Below, one piece after another: positions 1-24,930 of a stretch of 64,000 nt of DNA (its first letter is position 1; each line of letters opens with the position of its first letter). This DNA comes from Balanoglossus misakiensis. Taxonomy: Eukaryota > Animalia > Hemichordata. The position numbers and the translations under genes are program-made. Below the pieces are notes generated by a model. That model made no database searches. It saw only the letters and a list, made by a program, of their open reading frames with translations, and was not told the origin of the DNA. The stretch is from contig CM082593.2 of NCBI GenBank assembly GCA_040954595.2, forward strand, positions 1,895,830 to 1,959,829. Direction: 5' to 3'.

Positions 1-60
1 AGTACTACTACAAAGGGCTACCAAAGGACTGTGTGCTCTTTATAAAATAACCCAAAATAA

Positions 61-5867
<5,807 letters not shown>

Positions 5868-5869
5868 AC

Positions 5870-6200
5870 TTGTAATGGCGACCAAACAGATATAAAACTC
5901 TTCAACTATTGCAGCAGATCACCCCGAATGCAAAGCAATGGGGAATATATCGGCAAAATCGGGAGAGCGTCGGTTGTCAAACTGCCGAAAGAATTAAAAC
6001 CCGTCTGCTGGATCAGATCGATGCCGTCGGGGGCGTGTCCATCATGTGATCATTATTTAGACCAATCACAATGCACGAAATAAACATGACTGTTTACGTC
6101 ATCGGATTCGCGAGAATCTCGTGCAGACGACCGGAAACTGGGTCTGTCTCACGTTGTCTAGGCACCAGTGACCTAATAATCGCATGACATGTCTCGTTGA
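5870..6200 (-). promoter_or_regulatory. Putative GDH promoter / 5' UTR (CpG-rich patch)
   Basis: CpG-rich segment immediately upstream of the ATG, with CCAATCA (~6062), TCGCGAGA (~6108) and CCGGAA (~6131) motifs. TSS not determinable. Confidence 0.5.
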
Positions 6201-8883
6201 CCTTTTAAACATGTATTTTCTGGGTATTTTAAGATGAACATTTTCGATTTGCATTATCATATATATATGCATTATCTTATATACATGTATTGCGATAAAT
6301 TGGTCCTAAAATGTTTCGTGAAGACTTAATTGTTGCGATATTCAATTTGAGATCAAATAGAAAAATAAATTCACAACGCACTCCACACATATGAGAATAT
6401 TTTTCCATTTTTATTTACCAGTTGAAATTCCCACTCCACAGATAAGGAAACAAGATAAACATAAAGTATGAATTACAAAAAATATAAGAATTTAACAGAT
6501 ACATATGCAGTAATATCCCAAATATGAATTCTGTACCAAGTAGTTTCCCAAGCCAATAAAAAGGACATATTCCTCATTTGGAATTTAAATTTTCACCTGA
6601 TATACATGAATGTTTGAATGTGAACATATTATCACCGTTGATAACAGCAGACATATCAGTAGAGCAAGTTTTAATATATGAGTACATGTACCTTCTTTCA
6701 AACCGTGAAAGAGAGAGTGAATGCGCCCCAATGACAAGATTTGGTAATGGTATTTTTTTTTTGCAAGATGCAATGTCTTGAGTTGTAAATTGAGGAATAT
6801 TTTATTAGAAGGTACACACTATTGTACTTGAAAAAAAACGCAACTAAACTTCAATTCAATATTCTTTGATAAAACCTTCAAATTGTACTCAACATCACAC
6901 TAATAAAGGCAAACAAAGACTAGAGCTCAAAACATGTCACAGAAGTCGCCATCAGCTACTGGAGTTCCAGATATACACATACAAATATATACTGATTACT
7001 TCCATTCACGAATGAATTTTAAAATTATACAAATATACTTTCTATATCAAGGTTGGCTCTTATGAGACTTAATGGAGTGAAAAGTTAACATGGTTCTTCC
7101 TACAGATGAAGATGTACAGAATCTATATTCACACAATTTTACTATAAAAATCATCATAAGAGTATCCAAGGGACTAGCACGGTATACAAGTCAATAAAAC
7201 CAGGGATAACAGCATCTTCAACAATATCAAAACTGCTATTGCCAAAATTACGAGGTTTATTAAAACCTGCACATGATTGCAACTGTTTGAATGGTCTGAA
7301 CATGTCCTTCGTATTTCGAGCAGAAAAACAATCTGAGATAACACAATGTTTCTGATAACATAAAAATTTCAATCAATGAAAATCTACAATGAAACCTAGC
7401 AATCACACAAATCCAAAATTAAAGCAAGCTACATATTAACAGCATGCCACCTGTCATGGACAGCATAGCCACAACTGACCAATATAATTGTGACCCAAAA
7501 TGTAATATTTTTTCATTTTACCTTCCAAACGAATTCAGTCATACATTTCAATAACACAGATTGCACAACAAATTGAAAAGTACACATATATACTCTTTGT
7601 AATCGTAGCAGTTTCGACTATTCTGATATTCAAATACAAAGTCCGGAACCAACCTGACTGAAAAGGTCTCTCACTTGTCAAATTTATCACAACCAATTGT
7701 GAAAGACAAGAGAGACAGCCTCAAGAGTTTGACGAGTAATTGAATCCAATAAACCCATAGCTGGTTGCATGGGTAAACCCTCACATGATAATTGATATAT
7801 TGAGGACTTGGTGTTCTAATACCAAATACCCACTCGTACCTGATGTATTTATACAAAGGAAAGTTTTATATTTCTGTATATACAATCAAAAGCTCCCACA
7901 AGTATACCCACTTAAAAATTACAAAACTGCCTTGTGCAATGAAGCTATAAAAATTCAAAAGTGTCTATTCCAAGTCCTGTTCAGCCTAATTTTGTTCAAC
8001 TTTACTCAGCCTCTTTGTAAATCTTTTAATCAACCCCTCATATTGGAATGGTTTGAACCAAGGTTACATCGCTTGATCATCACTTGTGAAATCACAGTGG
8101 GGTTGAAAGACTAAGAAATAGGGGTTCTCCTTCACATACATATTGGCTAAACAAATGCTCACTCAACCTACCCCCTCTCATTAAAATGGTATGACCCCAA
8201 ATTGTTGATATTGCAAAAGGTTTGGATCATTCAAGGGGCTTGGGGGGGGGGGGGTCAAAGAAAGTATGAGTTATCATCTGTGTCTGTATTTGGCCAGATC
8301 AGCAAGAAATACAAACCCAGATGAAAGTTCACACATACAGAAACACAAGTGTTAGATTCAACTAGGAATAAAATTATCCTGCTACTCACCAGTATTCTCA
8401 AAGACTGTCCAAAGAAAAATTATAACACAACAACAATGCAGTTGGATAATTTGATCAGGATAGTTGCATGCAAAACCATGTTAAGGAAAGTAGGAGATTA
8501 CAACTAATTTTGGCAAAGTGGATTGGAGAAAAATAAAATAAAAATAAAATACACTAAAGTAAAATAAAATAAAAGATCAGCACAAAAAATGCTGCTTACA
8601 AAACAAGAATAAGTTAGACAAAGGGAATTAAAGACTCTTTTTTTCCAAATTTATGACAATCTTTAATTATAAGCAGCCCAATCATGCAAGCAAAACTTTC
8701 TTGAAAATAGCTAAAAACATTAATTTTTTATTTGGAACAGTCATGAGAGAACTGGTGTGCAGCTTTGTAAAAGAGAATGCACAGCCACTGTAGAAAAGTT
8801 TTTATTATTCTGAGATTAGTCGTTGATCTTCTGCAGTAAAATCTGTTGTGTCTACAGCAGAAAGTGCAGACCCTGGGAATTCT

Positions 8884-17941
<9,058 letters not shown>

Positions 17942-18408
17942 TTCACGCTATGGAATCATTGAAATTTGATAAATTCTGTGAAAATGGGATGACCGCCACG
18001 GACTGTGTACACTGTCGCTTTCCTCCGCGGCCTGTATTGTTTCAACACTAGATGGCGCTCTACGTTGACCTTTGACCCCATTGTTTAGTGTTTCACTTTC
18101 CCGATGGGGAAGATTATAACATTCCGTTTGCAGTCGTGTGCCGTGTTTCCCAAGCAATACTGACTTTATATCTTTGCATAACCTTTACTGGATACAGCAA
18201 CTGAGTAGTAGAAATACTGACTTTCTAATGACACGCGTGTTGACGGGAGTGCCGTGGAAGGAACGCTGCTTGGTGACGGGGTCAATAAACTTTTGAAGTT
18301 CTAGAACCAAACTTTCATCACTCGTCATGCACTTCATATATATTCGCAGACTACGAAATCACACCATACGTAGTCCCTTTGGACACCTTAAAGTCGGATT
18401 AGTTCAAA
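17942..18408. promoter_or_regulatory. Bidirectional promoter region, tetraspanin / LRRC75-like
   Basis: Divergent ATGs separated by 467 bp; CpG-rich; CTCF-like ACACTAGATGGCGCTC at 18045-18060. Confidence 0.65.
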
Positions 18409-19683
18409 ATGTCATTTTTGAAGCGACTTTTACATTTATCGGGATCAAGTTCAACGTCATCTTCAACGTTGGTAGAAGAAATCGGCATAAAAAAGTCGGA
18501 CCTCAGTGATCATCCCCATCGTCGGCGTGTGATGTTAGTCAATAAAATTTGCCAGTTTGGGAATCAGTATGATTCAGCATCACTTGAGTTAAAAACAGCA
18601 TTGAAATTACTGCGACAGGTAGGGTAAATGAACCCTTTTCCGCTTCTGATATAATTCATGCGAAGGAATGATTCTCTGTATAAAACCGTGCGGGTAAACT
18701 TTTGCGATATGTTAACACTTTTTAAATGTATGTTTCTGTGGCCTCTCTATTGCTCCTCTTTCGTCTCTTATGATATTCTTATTGGTTGTAAAACATAATA
18801 TTTCTTGGTAGGATGTTGGAATGGAATGTGAAAACAGTAATGAGTCTGGGTACAGCTTCGTCGTGGACCCGGAAAGTGTCGAAATGATCACGCTGATTGC
18901 CAATATCCAGCCTTCTTCCGACGCAGACTGGAGACAAGATTTGTCGAGACATTGCGAGCAGTTGGTGGCACACTTCAGTCCTGCCACTACAAAGAGCAGA
19001 GAAATATTAAATTCTAGAGGTAGGTTAACTATGTCATTTGATTATATTCCAAAAATCAAACTTTAGTTTTGCTTCAGTATTTGTTTAGTAGTTCATGTTT
19101 CGGAGTGAAGTAAAAACAAAAGTATGTATTCTTTCACTGGCGAGAGGGAGCTCCCACAACCTGAGAAGTCTTCCCCCAAACTTGCAGACGTCAAATAAAA
19201 TTGAGTTATATCCTCTTCTTTTTTTAATTTTCAGAGACTGACCACACAGAACTGCTTTTAACAAATGTAGACTTATACAGACATTTTTCTTCAAAGAAAG
19301 ATTTTGACAAACTTAAGAATCTGATCGACAGAAATCCAAGCCTGAAAACCGTAGATCTCAGCTACACTGGGTTGAAAAATGAACACCTGGTTGACCTTCT
19401 ACCACACCTGGCGAAACTCAAATCCCTGACCTTCCTGGGTCTGCGTGGAAACCGATTGGACGACAGTATCATCCAGGCAATGGTGGTCTATTTACAAGAA
19501 GTGGACAATTTTCCCGATTTGAAACTCGTGGATCTGAAAAATAATGAGATTTTCACCTTGCCGCAAAGTTTTCTCCAGTTGCTACAGCAACGGTGGGGGA
19601 CAACAGGCCTCATCCCGACCCTCAGTGACCTGGCATCAGTGAAAGCCATGTTGGAGGAAGATTTGGAAGTAACAGATCTATAA
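18409..19683 (+). CDS. LRRC75: Leucine-rich repeat protein LRRC75 (FAM211)-like (3 exons, 288 aa)
   Basis: Exons 18409-18618, 18812-19019, 19235-19683 splice in frame. HPHRRRV, LLRQDVGME, VVDP, CEQLVAHFSP, DLSYTGL..LLPHL..L..LTFLGLRGNRL, FPDLKLVDLKNNEIFTLPQSFL and IPTLSDL are collinear with recalled vertebrate LRRC75A/B motifs. Confidence 0.9.
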
Positions 19684-20364
19684 TTTGAATATCAATGCCT
19701 CATTTTGATAAAGCATTCATGTGCAAACTAAGTAGTGGACAGAATGACTAAGTTGGATATATTTCTTTGCATATTTAAAAGAAGGATAGAACATTACTTA
19801 TTTGCTTGATATGATCTGAAGTTTTAAAAGGTCTGACGTATCCACACACAAAGAAAACTGTAAGCAGTCCACAAATGCTACTTATCAAGGTTCATATTAT
19901 TTTATTCTAAAATATGAATAAAATAGAAATGGCATCTTAAGAAAGTTGGGAAAATTTCAGTTGTCGTTAAGTATAAAAATGTACCAATTCTGTATACACT
20001 AATAAATACTATAAATCTTCTAATACTTATTGTAAAAAGCCCCTATCACCAGTCTCAAGGCAAGCAGATGTATGCATGTATAAAATCTTAGTGTGTTCTT
20101 TGTTCAACAACAAAACCCACCACTAACTATAATCTTTAACAGAACTAATTCTTTCAATACCATTATCAATAAAAAAATGTTCTGTATACAATAATTTTGA
20201 GAATTATTTTTAACAACTACACAAGAGTGGAGATGTATTATGATGTACTAGTACATACAAAAGTTCATGGTGAGTCTAATATCTGTACTACATAAATGAT
20301 GATGTAGTACACAAGATGATGATGTCATACACAAGGTACACAATGGAAAAGTAATACACTTGCA

Positions 20365-20457
20365 TTAATCTTTTCACCCCCAGTTCCCTCTATAGAGGTC
20401 CAGGTTTACCATAAAAAACAATGGATTTGGATCAAACCATGGTGGTGAAAGGGTTAA
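20365..20457 (+). mobile_element. ~93-bp TTAA-flanked MITE, copy 4
   Basis: TTAATCTTTTCACC...GGTGAAAGGGTTAA; closely similar to copy 1. Confidence 0.8.
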
Positions 20458-20543
20458 ATCAGCCTCTGGATTGCGAGTCTCAAATGAAAACTAAAATCTC
20501 AACAGCCTTCTGGGTTCCGCGATCCATCCTTTCTTCCTTCACA

Positions 20544-20639
20544 TCACATGACTGAATCTGAATGCCTGTTATAAGTGAACATGTCCTTTTCCTTCCTGAT
20601 GGCCTTCATGAAAAAATACACCAGGAAGACGCCTACAGC
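20544..20639 (-). CDS. TSPAN15: TSPAN15-like alternative (distal) terminal exon: AVGVFLVYFFMKAIRKEKDMFTYNRHSDSVM*
   Basis: Strong acceptor ttttcttcccacag, phase 0, open to TGA; homologous to the proximal terminal exon (GVFL.Y.F...IR). Gives a 268-aa isoform. Confidence 0.82.
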   Translation of the reverse strand, partial: AVGVFLVYFFMKAIRKEKDMFTYNRHSDSVM

Positions 20640-21006
20640 CTGTGGGAAGAAAACACTCGGATTACAATGTGGAAGGACAACGTCACAACCCTACAACTAG
20701 AATATATCTCCCTGGCAACAGAGCTGTATTTATCTCATTTCATATTTCTGAACACAGTCTGCTGCCAGTTGGCCATTTCCAGTTGTAGGTCATAGCCATG
20801 CATTTTCTGAGTAGCAAAAGCAAGATACGTCCATGTGAAGACTGTGTGATCACAATGTAAGTTGGCCAGCTCTGGTTATTTGCCATGCCACATGCTGAAA
20901 TGGAACAGTCAAATAAGAGGGACACTTAACGCACACCACCCTATTCATGCAATGAAAAAGCAACAAGAAAACTTATACCATAACCCCAGCATACAAATAA
21001 AGCCAA

Positions 21007-24000
21007 TTAAACTAGCCAGGATTGGCGTCTAATCTCTTGGACGAACTGATATGCTAAGAACACACCAAGACACTGAAAAGAGAATAAAGATTAAAAATAA
21101 GCACAAATGGGAAATGGTTTGTATTCCTTGGGATTGTACACCACATTTTCTGTAGAAGAGCAGGTAATCAGAAATATGTAAAACTTGCTTTCATCACACT
21201 TTGAATAAATCTAACTAAGATCATCACTGAGAACCAATATACAAAACAAGCCTTCACACTTCTCTCACCTGTGGTAATACAATTCCCAGGATAACACCAG
21301 CCATGATGTCTAAATTATCCTGACACCATATGATGAACGCATCAGCACAACCACGCACATAGATGACATCTGAAAGCGCCTGACGGTTTTCTTGGCGTGT
21401 GTCGTATCCACATTGTGAATTAATCACATCATCTTCCTGTGATTAGAAATTTTAAAAACATACAAAAATGATCAGTTTATCCTCTCTGCCATTTGTCTGG
21501 GACAATTAAACAATAGCTGAGAAAAGAGAACAACCCAGCATGAGAAACATAGGGAGGATACTTACATTGGTAGAAATGCAGCAAGAGTAAGGAACTCCAC
21601 AGGCAGCGCGACTTGGGGAAGTGCATTTGTAATACTGATTCCTCTCCCAATCGTTATAATCACTGCCACCGCAACATTCCAGCTGTTTTTACAGAAAATC
21701 AAAACAATATACAGATTAGACAGATCTGACAACTGCCATAGGTATAAATGCTGCTGCAGTTATCTTAACATGGAAAGTAAAATTGCCAAAATAACCATTC
21801 TTCCATATAAAAATATTAAGTTGTTTAACCCTTACACCACCATGGTTTTGTCCAATCCCATTGTCTTCAATGGTGAAGGTGCACCTCTATACAGGGTAAT
21901 GGGGGTGGAAGGGTTAAAACTGAATGAAAGTTTCCAAAAGTCACCCTCTTTAGATGTCCCACTATTCATAAAGACTTACATTTAATTGCATTGCATCAAT
22001 ACCATTCTGTAGGTCCAGATCAGTGTGATAATATTCAATAGCATTCGCAATCCGACTGGCAGAGAAATTCCTCACCTGTTGGGAAAAATATATTAAATAT
22101 TATAAATTCTCTTTTAAACTTATGAAGTTGACGATAGTTCAAAAATAGTTCAACAACAGAGTAGCAGGGGACCACTTAAAATTCAAACAATGATCTGTAA
22201 GCAAACAGACTGAATATTAAAACAAAAAAATCACTTACATAGGTTTTGAATACAAGGGCAGTCACTCCTGCCATAATTTCCAGTATGATGATAGCTAGAA
22301 TTACTCCGCCATACTGCAAATTAATATACAAGAAAATGTACCAAATTAAAAAAATTAGAAGAAAAAAAACAAGAAAATATGGCCACTTGGAATGTCAGAA
22401 AGGTTGGTACCTTGGTGTGAATGTAATGTGAACACGTTGGAATGTTTCAGAGGTTAGCCGTTGTCAAGAATGCAATGTGACTGACATATGCAGGTTTACA
22501 CAGTGTAAAAATAGAACTTACAGATCAACAGATTTACCGTACTCACAATTTTCAACATGGTGATGTTTTCCCGGAGTGTTCCCACACATCCTATGAAACC
22601 GAAGATCCACATACATGATCCGATGATTATCAGGAAAATGGTCGGACTGGCCAGAAGGTCAGAAACTGCTTTATACTCCGACTTGACCACCTCAGCGTAA
22701 ATACCAACAGCAAGGATCAGAGTTCCGAGTATCTGGAAAGTTCATATACACATGGTTTATCTGATTTCTTTTTTTCACAAGTGGGTGACTACATAAAGGC
22801 TATTATAAATCAGCAAATAAAAACTTGATGTACAGTGATATGGTCCAGAATCTGTCTATGCAGATACTGATAGTTGCCATGTGCAAATATTTTTAACAAT
22901 AAAATCAGCTTGCATACTTTTCTGAAATTCTACAAAAAAAGATCAAAAGTACCACATGCAAATGACTGGGATTCAAAGCTCCCAATGCCATCAAAGGACA
23001 CAGATAAAAAGCTTTATACTGCTGCAGTTGGTGACCTTCTGCTGGTATGAGCCCGAGGCTTTATGAACATTGACATGGACAGAATACTGAATAGTAAAAG
23101 AAAGCCACTACACTTTTTAGATATGACACTATGATGCTGAATGTTTACTCTCATCAAATTGTGAAAAAAATCATCAGCTGTTGTTTTCTATTTTCGTGAA
23201 CTTTATGAATATCACTCAACTGTTGCCTGTGGGAAAAAACAATTTGGAGAATGCTGACATGCACATTGTACAGTTCTCCAGTCAAAACAGTCTTTAGTAC
23301 CATGCAGACTTATCTTTACAAAGTGAAGTTATGACACTCTTAAACAGTACGTGCTTTGTTGTCTTGCATCTTTGAGTCAAGAAATTGGGTCAGTAACTGG
23401 TGGCAAAGTGAACTTTTAAAAATGTTTGTGCAGTTTGTGACATATTTTAGAAGTGTAGAATTAGTCTATAAATTATCCTTTTCTCTTCTGCGAATTACCG
23501 CTTCAAAAACTCGCTTAGCCCAGTCATATCTGACAGCACAGAGCTAAGTACCCGCACCCAAACATCCCACATGACCACAAGTTTCATTCAAATACTAGCT
23601 GTTTGTCCTTGATAGTACATGTATAGCAAATCCAAAACCGCCCACACGTTGTTTTCGAAAGTTACTGGTACATGACATAAATATCCACAGATTTGGTATT
23701 TATATGACTTCGTGATTTATCATACGTCAAAAAATGACGACAAGCCGATCTCGTGATTGATTTACTTCTATCATGATCGCATAAAAGTCTACAGGTACTA
23801 GCCCCACCTATCGACCGATATACAAGGCAACAGGACTGCAACACGAATTCCTACTGCCTAATTTGAAACATTCTTTCTGTAAATTTGGATCGATTTGACA
23901 AGCAAAGAAAAACACCTTCTGATCTTACCGTTTAAGGCACTAACTTTAAGTTGTATTAACAGTTTCCAAAATTATGATCATTCATCAATACTCCAACGAT

Positions 24001-24249
24001 GTGTAACTTTATCCCGTCATAAACTGCACTACACCTAAAGGGACCTTGGGTTAATTGGGTGTCACTTTCACCCGAGCTTGTTCCAATGTTTTCAGTCAAA
24101 TAACGACGCTCTTTCGTGAAATAAAAAAGTTTGAGTCAACAATGCATCTGTGGTGTTCCTTCTAAGTGCATCATACTTACCCAAAAGAAGACATCGTACA
24201 TGCATAGCAGAACTTTCAATACAGTATGTCCACAAGTTGGTTTCGCCAT
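21007..24249 (-). CDS. TSPAN15: Tetraspanin, TspanC8 subfamily, TSPAN15-like (7 coding exons, 258 aa with proximal last exon)
   Basis: Exons 24181-24249, 22547-22732, 22239-22313, 21980-22075, 21566-21682, 21269-21436, 21007-21072. [57 protein letters not shown] resemble recalled TSPAN15; 8 canonical large-loop Cys. Confidence 0.92.
21825..21917 (-). mobile_element. ~93-bp TTAA-flanked MITE, copy 5
   Basis: TTAACCCTTACACC...GGTGGAAGGGTTAA. Confidence 0.8.
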
Positions 24250-24485
24250 TTTCGATTTCTGCTTGGTGTTTATAGCGCCCCCTAAGTTATCCGGAAAAAG
24301 TGCAAGGCTATAAATATTGACTAGGCTAGGCGATCATCATGGCGTTTGACTTGCTGAAGGCAGCATCGCTCGGATTTCCACCAAATTGATAGATCTGCTG
24401 GAGATCGTGGGTGTAGGTGGTTTTGACACAAAGACAGGCTGCTCACACTAGCTCCGATTCACTGATAGGAAGGCCTGCGATCTTG
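24250..24485. promoter_or_regulatory. Compact bidirectional promoter and probable non-coding first exon of RAP1GDS1
   Basis: TSPAN15-like ATG at 24249 (-); TATAAATA at 24309-24316 (+); good + strand donor TTG|gtaagt after 24485; CpG-rich; CTCF-like TAGCGCCCCCT at 24273-24283. Confidence 0.6.
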
Positions 24486-24878
24486 GTAAGTGTACGCGAT
24501 CGCGATCAATTTCCTCCGAGCTCTTCCTAGTACTGCATGGGATGGGACGATTACACGGTGATGGGCGTTCATTCATTCATTTTTCACTCGATCTTACTCA
24601 TCATAGACATAATATGCAGTGTATGTGTTCCAGGGAAGTACAAGGACGGTCCTCGTTTCCGTATTTGTATTCTAGACCGTGTGGGTCACACCTCACGGTC
24701 ACGATCTCCCGATCTCCGGACCGATCTACAGAACACTTGTCTATTTCACCCTTTCCTCGATCGCCTATCGTACACAACCCTTCTTCAATACGCCAAGCAC
24801 GTGTGGTTACATCGTCAGACGTTTACGAGTTGTGCTCCAAGTATGATCGCAGTGTTGCCTGAGCAACATCGGCAATAA

Positions 24879-24930
24879 GGGGGGGCGTGTCTCGCTGAGG
24901 GGGGCGTGTCTGGCTGAGGGGGGCGTGTCC
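24879..24930. repeat. Three tandem ~20-bp units containing GGGGGCGTGTC (Sp/KLF-type box)
   Basis: GGGGGGGCGTGTCTCGCTGA-GGGGGGCGTGTCTGGCTGA-GGGGGGCGTGTCC. Confidence 0.85.

Noticed and set aside
20850-20894. Third acceptor (ttccatttcag) giving HVAWQITRAGQLTL* between the two TSPAN15-like terminal exons
   Set aside because: No similarity to TM4 and it would break the helix; at most a UTR splice site.
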